A stretch of 64,000 nt of DNA from Streptosporangiales bacterium (GTDB taxonomy: Bacteria > Actinomycetota > Actinomycetes > Streptosporangiales > WHSR01). Below are positions 26,522-34,783 of the stretch, piece after piece; within the stretch, counting starts at the first letter, position 1; each line of letters begins with the position of its first letter. Both the position numbers and the translations under genes were made by a program. The notes under the pieces were generated by a model. That model had not been told where the DNA came from. It worked only from the letters and a program-made list of their open reading frames with translations, and ran no database searches. The stretch covers positions 10,324 through 74,323 of the forward strand of contig WHSR01000003.1 in NCBI GenBank assembly GCA_009379995.1, read 5' to 3'.

Positions 26522-26561
26522 CCTGCCATGATCCCGCCGACGATGAGACGAGGAGGCGCGC

Positions 26562-27557
26562 GTGCGACGGTACTTCGGGAGGAAGTTTCTCATCTACGCC
26601 CTCACGTTCTTCGTCGCGGTGACCATCAACTTCATGATCCCGCGGCTCATGCCCGGCGATCCCGTCCGCAGCATGGTGGCGAGGGCCGGGATGCAGACTC
26701 CCGAGGCCGCCGCGACCATGCAGGAGTACTACACCAGGATATTCGGGCTCGACGTGCCCATCTGGCAGCAGTATCTCAATTTCTGGGCCGCCCTCCTGCG
26801 CGGTGATCTCGGCATCAGCATATGGCTGTTTCCACAGCCGGTCACGGGCGTCATCATGCGGGCGGTTCCGTATACCCTCGCCCTGCTGATCCCGGCCATC
26901 CTGCTGAGCTGGTTCGCCGGAAACAAGTTCGGCGCGTTCGCGGCACGCCGTAAATGGCTCGACAACACGATACTGCCGGTGGGATATGTGCTGACGGCGA
27001 CGCCCTACATGTGGCTGGCGATTTTGCTGGCGTGGGCACTGGGCATCATCGCCGGCATCTTCCCGATCGCCGGCGGATACAGCTTCTCGCTGGCGCCCAC
27101 GTTGTCGTGGACCTTCGTCGGCAGCCTGCTGGCGCATTGGTTCCTGCCGTTCGTCTCGCTCTTCCTTGTCTTCTTCGGCGGGTGGGCGATCGGGATGAGA
27201 AACATGATCATCTACGAGCTCGAGGCCGATTACTCTCACTACCTCCAGGCGCTCGGGGCGCCGCAGCGGCTGGTGCGGAAGTACGCGTTCCGAAACGCGG
27301 CCCTCCCCCAGATCACCGGGCTGGCGCTGCAGCTCGGTGTGATAGTGGCGGGCGCCGTGGTCACCGAGATCGTCTTCTCCTATCCAGGGCTCGGGCATCT
27401 GATCCTCAAGGCGATCGAGAACCAGGACTTCTTCCTGCTTCAGGGCGCCTTCCTGTTCATCGTGATCGGCGTGCTGCTGGCCAACTTCATCATCGACATC
27501 GTGTACGTGCTGGTCGATCCACGGACCCGGACCGGGATGGGAGGTGGCTCCGCATGA
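26562..27557 (+). CDS. ABC transporter permease (DppB/OppB-like)
   Basis: 331 aa, multi-TM. N-terminus MRRYFGRKFLIYALTFFVAVTINFMIPRLMPGDP; EAA-loop region YLQALGAPQRLVRKYAFRNA. Confidence 0.9.
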   Translation: MRRYFGRKFLIYALTFFVAVTINFMIPRLMPGDPVRSMVARAGMQTPEAAATMQEYYTRIFGLDVPIWQQYLNFWAALLRGDLGISIWLFPQPVTGVIMRAVPYTLALLIPAILLSWFAGNKFGAFAARRKWLDNTILPVGYVLTATPYMWLAILLAWALGIIAGIFPIAGGYSFSLAPTLSWTFVGSLLAHWFLPFVSLFLVFFGGWAIGMRNMIIYELEADYSHYLQALGAPQRLVRKYAFRNAALPQITGLALQLGVIVAGAVVTEIVFSYPGLGHLILKAIENQDFFLLQGAFLFIVIGVLLANFIIDIVYVLVDPRTRTGMGGGSA

Positions 27558-28453
27558 CGGTGCCCAGCGTGGACCAAGGCGTCGACACGAAGGTCGACCG
27601 CGTGCCGGGCGCGCGGCGCGAGGCCCTCTACTTCGCGCTGCGGAACAAGAAGCTCGTCGGCGGGCTGACCGTCGTCCTGCTGTTCCTCGTCCTCGCCGTC
27701 GTCGGCCCGATGCTCACGGCTCACGGCCCGCGTGAGTACGTCGGTCCGCCCATGCAGCCGCCCTCGTCCGAGTATTGGTTCGGGACCACCACGTTCGGGC
27801 AGGACGTCTTCGCCCAGTTCGTGTACGGCCTCCGGGCAACCTTTCGGGTGGGGATCCTCGGCGGCGGGTTGACCGCCATCATCGGGATGTTCGTCGGGTT
27901 CACCGCCGGCTACCGTGGCGGGCTCGTCGACGAGACACTCAACATGATCACGAACGTGGTCCTCGTCCTCCCGGTCCTGGCGGTCCTGCTGATCATCTCG
28001 GCCTACCTCCGGGTCCGTAGCGTCGAGGTGCAGGCCCTCATCATCGGGCTCTTCTCCTGGCCGTGGGTGGCACGAGCCATCAGGGCGCAGACGTTCTCGC
28101 TGCGCTCCCGGGACTTCGTCGACCTGGCGAGGCTGAGCGGGGTGCCGACCCGGAGGATCATCTTCGGAGAGATCGCTCCGAACATGGCCTCGTATTTGTT
28201 TATGGTCTTCATTCTTCTGTTCGGCGGAGCGGTCCTGTTCGCGGCGACGCTCGACTTCATCGGGCTCGGTCCGACGGAGGGGATCTCGCTCGGCCTGATG
28301 CTGAACAACTCCGTCAAATGGAGCGCTCTTCAACTCGGCATGTCGTGGTGGTTCATTCCGCCGGGCATCGGAATCACTGCGATTGTCGGCGCATTCTACA
28401 TCATGAATGTCGGTCTCGACGAGGTCTTCAACCCCAAGCTGAGAGAGATGTGA
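27554..28453 (+). CDS. ABC transporter permease (DppC/OppC-like)
   Basis: ATG 27554 overlaps the upstream stop (ATGA). 299 aa. Motifs: HWFGTT-like YWFGTTTFGQDVF and FVDLARLSGVPTRRIIFGEIAPN. The upstream 200 aa of the track ORF are off-frame. Confidence 0.9.
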   Translation: MTVPSVDQGVDTKVDRVPGARREALYFALRNKKLVGGLTVVLLFLVLAVVGPMLTAHGPREYVGPPMQPPSSEYWFGTTTFGQDVFAQFVYGLRATFRVGILGGGLTAIIGMFVGFTAGYRGGLVDETLNMITNVVLVLPVLAVLLIISAYLRVRSVEVQALIIGLFSWPWVARAIRAQTFSLRSRDFVDLARLSGVPTRRIIFGEIAPNMASYLFMVFILLFGGAVLFAATLDFIGLGPTEGISLGLMLNNSVKWSALQLGMSWWFIPPGIGITAIVGAFYIMNVGLDEVFNPKLREM

Positions 28454-29406
28454 GCAAGGTGAGCCTACGGGTGGCGGGCCTCAAGGTTCACTACCGGACG
28501 CTGCGGGGCGACGTAAAGGCGCTGGACGACGTCACCTTCGCCGTCGCCGACGGCGAGACCATGGGCCTGGCCGGGGAGTCCGGCTGCGGCAAGACCACGC
28601 TCGGCAAGAGCTTGATCCGTCTGGACGGCCGCATGCGACACGTCGACGGCACCGTGGAGCTGGACGACGAGGAGCTTCCCATCGGTGACACGGCGAGGAT
28701 GAACGACTTCAGGTTCCGGGAAGTCTTCATCATCCCGCAGTACGCCATGAGCGCCATGAACCCCACGCGCAAGATCGGCAAAATGACCAAGGAGCTCCTC
28801 GAGTCCAGAGGCGTCCGCTTCGAGACGGTACGGACCGAGCTGAAGCGCCGACTCGAGCTGGTGGGGCTCGCACACGACGTACTGGACAGATACCCGATCG
28901 AGCTCTCCGGTGGAATGAAGCAACGAATGGTGATGGTTCTCTCCACGCTGCTCAATCCCTCGCTCCTCGTCGCCGACGAGGTGACCTCGGCGCTCGACGT
29001 TTCGACGCAGCGGGCCGTCGCGGAGACCCTTGTGGACTTTCGGGACCGCGGTTTCGTACGGAGCATGATCGTCATCACCCATGACGTCTCGCTCGTCTAC
29101 CAGATCGCGGACAGCATCATGGTCATGTATGCCGGGAAACTGGCCGAGAAGGCACCCACCGACGTGATAGTCGACTCTCCCCGGCATCCGTATACGCAGC
29201 TCCTGATCTCCTCACTGCCCGAGGTCGGCGTCAAATACGCCGATAAGAGGCTGACGGGCATACCCGGTAGTCCTCCGTCCCTCCTTGACCCCCCGGCCGG
29301 GTGCCGGTTCAGAGACCGGTGCCCTCTTGCGTTTGACAAGTGTTCGGAAGAACCCCCCTTCGTCGAGGTTGAGCATGGCCACTACGTCGCTTGCTGGAAA
29401 GCCTGA
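28450..29406 (+). CDS. ABC transporter ATP-binding protein (DppD/OppD-like)
   Basis: GTG 28450 overlaps the upstream stop. Walker A is GESGCGKTT, the signature is LSGGMKQR, Walker B is LLVADEVTSALD. The C-terminal oligopeptide-type extension is PPAGCRFRDRCP. Confidence 0.9.
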   Translation: MSKVSLRVAGLKVHYRTLRGDVKALDDVTFAVADGETMGLAGESGCGKTTLGKSLIRLDGRMRHVDGTVELDDEELPIGDTARMNDFRFREVFIIPQYAMSAMNPTRKIGKMTKELLESRGVRFETVRTELKRRLELVGLAHDVLDRYPIELSGGMKQRMVMVLSTLLNPSLLVADEVTSALDVSTQRAVAETLVDFRDRGFVRSMIVITHDVSLVYQIADSIMVMYAGKLAEKAPTDVIVDSPRHPYTQLLISSLPEVGVKYADKRLTGIPGSPPSLLDPPAGCRFRDRCPLAFDKCSEEPPFVEVEHGHYVACWKA

Positions 29407-30376
29407 AGCCGAGAGATGCTGTACGGTCGACCGGGTCTCCATGGTCTACAAGATCGGCGCCTTCGGTGGCACGGACCTGCCCGCGGTGCGTGATGTGAGC
29501 TTCGAGGTGCGGGCCGGCGAGGTGGTCTCGCTCATCGGTGAGAGCGGCAGCGGGAAGACCACCCTCGGGAAGATGATCCTGCGCCTTTGCCCGATTACCG
29601 GCGAAACGATCACCGTCGACGGCGTCGACATCTCCACCTTCAAGAGAAGGCGGTTGAAGACGTACTACCGAAGCGTGCAGGGGGTCTTCCAGGACCCATT
29701 CAGCTCCTACAACCCCATCTTCAAGGCCGACCGGGTCTTCAGCATGATCAAGGACGAGTACTTCGCCGAGGTAAACGCCGCGGAATGGCGGCGCAAGGTA
29801 GCCGCTTCGCTGGAGGCCGTGCGGCTCAGCCCGGACGAGGTGCTCAACAAGTATCCCCACCAGCTCAGCGGCGGCCAGCTTCAGCGCATCCTCATCGCTC
29901 GCGCGCTGTTGCTCGACATCCGACTCCTCGTCGCCGATGAGATCATCAGCATGCTCGACGCCTCCACCCGCATCGACGTGCTGAACCTGCTCGCCGACCT
30001 GAAGGCACAGGGTCTGGGCATCCTGTTCATCACCCACGATCTGTCGCTGGGCAACTACGTCAGCGACAAGACGGTGATTCTTCGCCGGGGCCGAATCGTT
30101 GAAATGGGCGCTCCAGATAGGGTGTTCGGCAACCCACTTCACCCGTACACGAAGAGTCTGCTGACCTCCGTACCCCAGCTTCACAGGAAATGGGAACGGG
30201 TGGAGGCCGAGCTCGCGGCAGGGCGCGCGGGACTCACCGGCCGGTGTATCTATCACGAGCGATACCCGAACGGAGATGGGCCGGTCGGCCTCGACGCCGA
30301 ACGACCAACGCTCGCGGAAGCAGAGGATGACCACTTCGTGGCATGCTTCCAGGCCGACGGAGAGGAAACGTGCTGA
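29375..30376 (+). CDS. ABC transporter ATP-binding protein (DppF/OppF-like)
   Basis: Walker A is GESGSGKTT, the signature is LSGGQLQR, Walker B is LLVADEIISMLD. I chose ATG 29375 (32-nt overlap with the upstream gene) because the conserved N-terminal strand CCTVDRVSMVY lies upstream of the next Met. Confidence 0.85.
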   Translation: MATTSLAGKPEAERCCTVDRVSMVYKIGAFGGTDLPAVRDVSFEVRAGEVVSLIGESGSGKTTLGKMILRLCPITGETITVDGVDISTFKRRRLKTYYRSVQGVFQDPFSSYNPIFKADRVFSMIKDEYFAEVNAAEWRRKVAASLEAVRLSPDEVLNKYPHQLSGGQLQRILIARALLLDIRLLVADEIISMLDASTRIDVLNLLADLKAQGLGILFITHDLSLGNYVSDKTVILRRGRIVEMGAPDRVFGNPLHPYTKSLLTSVPQLHRKWERVEAELAAGRAGLTGRCIYHERYPNGDGPVGLDAERPTLAEAEDDHFVACFQADGEETC

Positions 30377-31467
30377 CCGCCGATGGGTCGGCCGAGGGAG
30401 CGCGGGTGACGAAGAGACCGACGATCGCCGACATAGCCCAACGGGCGGGCCTGTCCAAGGGTGCGGTGTCGTACGCCCTCAACGGCCAGCCCGGGGTGTC
30501 GGAGTCGACCCGGCGGCGCGTCCTCGAGTTGGCCACCGAGATGGGCTGGCGGCCCAACAGCGCGGCCCGGGCGCTGTCCGGTGCCCGCACCGGAACCCTG
30601 GGGCTCGTGTTGCCGCGTCCGGCGACGCTGCTCGGCGTGGAGCCCTTCTTCATGAAGCTCATCGCCGGCATCGAGAACGCGCTCGCCGCGCGCTCCACGG
30701 CGCTGCTCCTCCAGGTAGCCCCCGACCACGACGCGGAGGCTGCCGCCTACCGCCGCTGGTGGGCGGAGCGTCGGGTCGACGGTATCTTCCTCGTCGACCT
30801 GCGGGTCGAGGACGGGCGCATACGAGTAGTGGAGGAGCTGGGCCTGCCGGCCGTGGTGATTGGCGGCCCGGGCCACCACGGCAGGTTGCCCAGCGTGTGG
30901 ACCGACGACGCGGCCGCCATGGTCATGGTCGTCGAGTACCTGGCCGCGCTGGGCCACCGCCACATCGCCCGGGTTGCCGGCCTGCCCGGTCTGCTGCACA
31001 CCGAGCTACGCGGCCGGGCGTTCGGAGACGTCGCGGCAACGCTCGGGCTGGAGTGGTCGGGGACGGTCACCACCGACTACTCGGCCGACCAGGGCGCCCA
31101 GGCCACCCGGCGGCTGCTCAGCGCTTCTCCCGCCCCCCAGTCCTCCGGACCCACCCCCCGTGCCGCGACCCGTCCGACCGCGATCCTGTACGACAACGAC
31201 GTGATGGCGGTCGCCGGAACCTCGGTCGCGCACGAGATGGGCGTGGACGTCCCCGGCGATCTGTCGATCATGGCCTGGGACGACTCGGTGCTGTGCGAGA
31301 TCATCCACCCGCCGCTCACCGCGCTCAGCCGCGACATCATGGCCTACGGCGCGCACGCCGCCGAGCGCCTCCTGGAGCTGCTGGACGGCAACGCGGTCAC
31401 CGACTTCCAGGACGACATGCCCCGACTGGTCATTCGCGGCAGCACCGCCCGGCCACGCAGCCCCTGA
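30370..31467 (+). CDS. LacI-family transcriptional regulator (candidate CebR-like repressor of this operon)
   Basis: The HTH is KRPTIADIAQRAGLSKGAVSYALNG. A periplasmic-binding-fold effector domain follows. GTG 30370 lies behind GGAGAGGAA; GTG 30406 is an alternative start. Confidence 0.85.
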   Translation: MLTADGSAEGARVTKRPTIADIAQRAGLSKGAVSYALNGQPGVSESTRRRVLELATEMGWRPNSAARALSGARTGTLGLVLPRPATLLGVEPFFMKLIAGIENALAARSTALLLQVAPDHDAEAAAYRRWWAERRVDGIFLVDLRVEDGRIRVVEELGLPAVVIGGPGHHGRLPSVWTDDAAAMVMVVEYLAALGHRHIARVAGLPGLLHTELRGRAFGDVAATLGLEWSGTVTTDYSADQGAQATRRLLSASPAPQSSGPTPRAATRPTAILYDNDVMAVAGTSVAHEMGVDVPGDLSIMAWDDSVLCEIIHPPLTALSRDIMAYGAHAAERLLELLDGNAVTDFQDDMPRLVIRGSTARPRSP

Positions 31468-31497
31468 CCGGCCGTGATCCCCTGCTGGCGACTTCGG

Positions 31498-32214
31498 TCA
31501 GCCCGAGCCGTCGGGTGTGGCCGGGATCGGCTGTGGGCTCGTCGTCGGCGGTGCAGGTTCCTCGGGGCTCGTCGGCTCCGGTGTGGCGGGTGCGCTCTCG
31601 GGCTCCGGCACGGTTTCCGTGACCGTGGTGGCCGGGGCAGGGGCGGGCTCGGAGTCGTCTCCGCCTCCGCCGACGAGCCCGCCGACGGAGGTACTCCCGC
31701 CGCGGTTCTTGCCGTAGGCCATCGTCGCCACCTTGTCGCCGGCGAGAGCCTCGACCAAGGTGATCGTTCCCAGGGCGAGCACGAAGACGACGGCGACAGC
31801 GACCGCCACCCCCCGCCATCGGGTCGCCCGGAGCGCCGCGGCGAGCCGCGCGGCGATGCCGTCGCTTGCCGTCTCGGTTTCCGGTTGCTGTGTGCCCTCG
31901 GCCGGGGACGCGGCCGGCCCACGCGATTCTTGGGCGGGCGTGTCGGCGTCGCCGGCGTGGGTTTGTCCTGGCTCCTGTCGGTGTCGGTAGACGACGGTGA
32001 CCCGGCGGACCTTCTCCCTGGTCTGCTGAAGGTAATGACTGTAGACCGCGGCACAGATGGGGATCGCGGCGCTGGCGATGGCCCCACCGATGAGGGTGCC
32101 CGTCGCACCGAAAAAGGACGCGCCCACCGCGACGGACATCGACGCGAGAGCGCTGGCGGCGATCTGCATGGGGTTCACCTCGATGCGGCGCGGCTTGTCG
32201 ACCATTACAGTCAA
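31498..32214 (-). CDS. membrane protein of unknown function with Pro/Thr/Glu-rich C-terminal tail
   Basis: 238 aa. Two hydrophobic segments: IAASALASMSVAVGASFFGATGTLIGGAIASAAIPICAAVY and WRGVAVAVAVVFVLALGTITLV. Third positions are G/C-rich. The start is uncertain (TTG 32214 or ATG 32205). Confidence 0.55.
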   Translation of the reverse strand: MTVMVDKPRRIEVNPMQIAASALASMSVAVGASFFGATGTLIGGAIASAAIPICAAVYSHYLQQTREKVRRVTVVYRHRQEPGQTHAGDADTPAQESRGPAASPAEGTQQPETETASDGIAARLAAALRATRWRGVAVAVAVVFVLALGTITLVEALAGDKVATMAYGKNRGGSTSVGGLVGGGGDDSEPAPAPATTVTETVPEPESAPATPEPTSPEEPAPPTTSPQPIPATPDGSG

Positions 32215-32362
32215 CCCCCGGACTCGACAGGTGTGCTGGCACGGCCCCTATGGGTCGGCTCTTTGTCATACCCAGCCGATGCCATGGTGATATGCCTCGT
32301 TTGGTTAGGGCGATATTGGGTACAAGATTTTTTACTTACGCGAAGGAAGAGGTCAGGTAGCC

Positions 32363-32686
32363 ATGGCCGAATCTGAACGCGAGCGACACGAGGCAGAAGC
32401 CAAGACGCGCGCCCAGGACAAGGCCAGCGAGGTCAAGGCCAAGGCGCAGGACGCGGCGGGCAAGCTCGCCCAGAGCGCTCGCTCCAAGGGCGCACAGGCC
32501 GCCGACCAGGCCAGCGACCTCGGCCGCAAGGCCCGTGAGGCCGCCGCCGAAGCAGAGCCGGGGCGTGCGCGTCGAGTGGCCGCACCGTTGGTGGTCGTCG
32601 CCGGTATCGCTGTCGCGGCGGCCGGCTGGGTCAGGCGGCGCAGGCGCAAGCAGCGCGGGCTGCTTCGGCGGCTCACCAAGCGGTAG
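32363..32686 (+). CDS. small tail-anchored protein (charged Ala/Lys/Gln-rich helix + C-terminal TM)
   Basis: 107 aa. MAESERERHEAEAKTRAQDKASEVKAKAQDAAGKLAQSARSKG...; the TM segment is VAAPLVVVAGIAVAAAGWV, followed by RRRRRK. GGAAGAGG lies before the ATG. The upstream region is unusually AT-rich. Confidence 0.55.
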   Translation: MAESERERHEAEAKTRAQDKASEVKAKAQDAAGKLAQSARSKGAQAADQASDLGRKAREAAAEAEPGRARRVAAPLVVVAGIAVAAAGWVRRRRRKQRGLLRRLTKR

Positions 32687-32946
32687 GCGAGCCCAGGATC
32701 CAGCTCAACTCGTCGGCCGGCGCCAGGCGTGGGAGCGTTCCTCGGGCTGTTTCGTCGTGGTCGGTTTCCTCATCAGCGGCCTGGCCAGCGGCGCCGAATT
32801 CGACAACCTGGCCGGCGAGTGCACCCCCATGAAGCTCCGGCCGCTGAGTGGTGGCTGAGCGCGGGGCCAGGAGACCCTGTGACGCGTGTCGAGCCGCCGA
32901 CCCGGGTGCGCGGGGCCTGGCCGTCAAGGAACTTTTCTTAGTCTGT

Positions 32947-32952
32947 TAAACT
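32947..32952 (+). promoter_or_regulatory. candidate -10 hexamer TAAACT placed 8 nt before the regulator ATG (possible leaderless transcript)
   Basis: TAAACT ttggcttc ATG. No SD is present and no convincing -35 is visible. Confidence 0.25.
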
Positions 32953-32960
32953 TTGGCTTC

Positions 32961-33659
32961 ATGATGGCTCAGCTTTCGCCTATGGTGTCGGCAGCGGTCG
33001 AGGACTACGCCAAGACGATCTATGCGCTGGAGGCGACGAGCGCCGAGCCCGTGTCCACCACGGCGTTGGCGCAGCGCCTTCATGTCACCTCAGGCGCGGT
33101 CTCGACGATGCTGAAGAGGCTCGCCGGGCTGGGCCTTATCACGCACCGCCCCTACCACGGGATACGTCTGACCCCCGAGGGCCGCCGGGTCGCGCTCAAG
33201 GTCATCCGACGCCACCGGCTCCTGGAGCTCTTCCTCGTCGAAGTGCTCGAACTGTCCTGGGACCAGGTGCATGCCGAGGCGGAAGTCCTCGAGCACGCTC
33301 TCTCCGAGGAACTGGAGCAGATCATCGCGGCGAAACTCGGCAACCCGATCCGTGACCCGCACGGTGATCCGATCCCGAGCAGTGAGTTGGAGCTCCAAGA
33401 GCCGCGCACCGACGGTCTGGACGCTTTGGCTGTCGGTACCCGAGGCCGCTTCGTACGGGTCTCGGACAGGAACCCGGAGATGCTGCGCTACCTCACCGAG
33501 CGCGGGATCAGGATCGGAGACGACCTCGAGGTGGTCGACCGGCAACCCTTCGGTGGTCCCCTGCTCGTACGCTTCGGCGGCCGAGTGGAGCCGATCGGCG
33601 GCGAACTCGCTCGGGCCATGCGCGTGGAGGTCCTCGACAGAAAGCTCGCCGATGCGTAG
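32961..33659 (+). CDS. DtxR/IdeR/MntR-family metal-dependent transcriptional regulator with C-terminal FeoA/SH3-like domain
   Basis: MMAQLSPMVSAAVEDYAKTIYALE...LAQRLHVTSGAVSTMLKRLAGLGLI. The dimerisation/metal helix is RRHRLLELFLVEVL...HAEAEVLEH. It lies upstream of feoAB. Confidence 0.85.
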   Translation: MMAQLSPMVSAAVEDYAKTIYALEATSAEPVSTTALAQRLHVTSGAVSTMLKRLAGLGLITHRPYHGIRLTPEGRRVALKVIRRHRLLELFLVEVLELSWDQVHAEAEVLEHALSEELEQIIAAKLGNPIRDPHGDPIPSSELELQEPRTDGLDALAVGTRGRFVRVSDRNPEMLRYLTERGIRIGDDLEVVDRQPFGGPLLVRFGGRVEPIGGELARAMRVEVLDRKLADA

Positions 33660-33695
33660 GGCGACCGCGGGTCGTATTCGCGAGGAGGTGTCGAC

Positions 33696-33938
33696 GTGAC
33701 GCTCGACCAACTCCGGCAGGATGATCACGCGACTGTTGTTGCGGTGGACAGTCGAGGAGGTGATCGGCGTCGACTGATGGATCTAGGGCTTCTGCCGGGC
33801 ACCAAGATTCGGGTCCACATGAAAAGTCCTCTCGGCGACCCCACGGCTTATCTGGTGCGGGGAAGTGTGGTCGCGTTGCGACGTTCGCAGGCCCGCCATA
33901 TTCGGATCGAAGCGCACGACGCACAGGAGCCGACGTGA
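33696..33938 (+). CDS. feoA: FeoA-family protein
   Basis: 80 aa. LDQLRQDDHATVVAVDSRGGDRRRLMDLGLLPGTKIRV...GDPTAYLVRGSVVALRRSQA is the typical FeoA SH3-like pattern. The stop overlaps the next start. Confidence 0.8.
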   Translation: MTLDQLRQDDHATVVAVDSRGGDRRRLMDLGLLPGTKIRVHMKSPLGDPTAYLVRGSVVALRRSQARHIRIEAHDAQEPT

Positions 33939-34783
33939 CGTCGAGCGCAGAACTCCCGCAGGCGCCCGCGCACGGCGCATGTGCCTCCTGCGCCGTCTAC
34001 AACGCCGCCAACCTCAAGAAACTCGGCATCAAGCCGGGTAACTACGACTACGTCGTCGCGGTGGCCGGCAACCCCAACACCGGCAAGAGCACCGTCTTCA
34101 ACGCTCTGACCGGCTTGCGCCAACATGTCGGCAACTGGCCCGGCAAGACCGTCTCCCGAGCCGAGGGCGGTTTTCGGTATCACGACCACGGCTACAAACT
34201 GGTCGACCTGCCCGGCACGTATTCTCTGCTGTCAACCAGCAACGACGAAGACATCGCCCGCGATTTCCTGCTCTTCGGACAGCCCGACGTGACGGTGGTG
34301 GTCGCGGACGCCACCCGACTCGAGCGCAACCTCAACCTGGTCCTGCAGGTCCTCGAGATCACCGAACGCGTGGTGGTGGCGCTCAATCTCATGGACGAAG
34401 CCGAGCGGCACGGCATCGACATCGACGTGCGGCACCTGGCCCGCGAGCTGGGCGTGCCGGTGGTGCCGATGGCAGCACGTAAGGGCGACGGAATACCCGC
34501 GCTGCTCGAAGCCATCGAACAGGTCGCCCAAGACGGGGCAACTGCCAAACGGCACCGGGTAGCGCAGCGTCACCCCCGGATAGAGCGAGCCGTGCGCGAC
34601 CTCGCCCGGCAGCTCGAGCGCGCCTTCCCCGGCCTGCCGAACACACGGTGGATAGCGCTGCGTCTGCTGGAAGGCGACCCCGGCACCGAGCGCGCCGTGC
34701 GTGACGGCACGTTGAGCGATCTCAGCCGAGCATGGTCGGCCCGCAAGACCGCGCCCACCAACCTCGCTGGAACCCTCGAATGA
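33935..34783 (+). CDS. feoB: ferrous iron transporter FeoB, N-terminal GTPase + helical domain as a separate ORF
   Basis: G1 is VAVAGNPNTGKSTVFNALTG, G3 is DLPGTYSL, G4 is NLMDEA. It ends within the helical domain (RWIALRLLEGDP...). There is a ~35-aa Cys-containing N-terminal extension. Confidence 0.85.
   Translation: MTSSAELPQAPAHGACASCAVYNAANLKKLGIKPGNYDYVVAVAGNPNTGKSTVFNALTGLRQHVGNWPGKTVSRAEGGFRYHDHGYKLVDLPGTYSLLSTSNDEDIARDFLLFGQPDVTVVVADATRLERNLNLVLQVLEITERVVVALNLMDEAERHGIDIDVRHLARELGVPVVPMAARKGDGIPALLEAIEQVAQDGATAKRHRVAQRHPRIERAVRDLARQLERAFPGLPNTRWIALRLLEGDPGTERAVRDGTLSDLSRAWSARKTAPTNLAGTLE

Noticed and set aside
32673-32927. 84-aa minus-strand ORF (and overlapping plus-strand ORFs) in the 274-bp gap before the DtxR-family gene
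   Set aside because: Third-position bias is mixed, and I found no motif and no SD. The region is left as non-coding.
32930-32960. Possible IdeR/MntR operator (TTAGTCTGTTAAACTTTGG) upstream of the DtxR-family gene
   Set aside because: Only about 7 of 19 positions match the IdeR box TTAGGTTAGGCTAACCTAA, and the dyad symmetry is limited to the terminal TTA/TAA.
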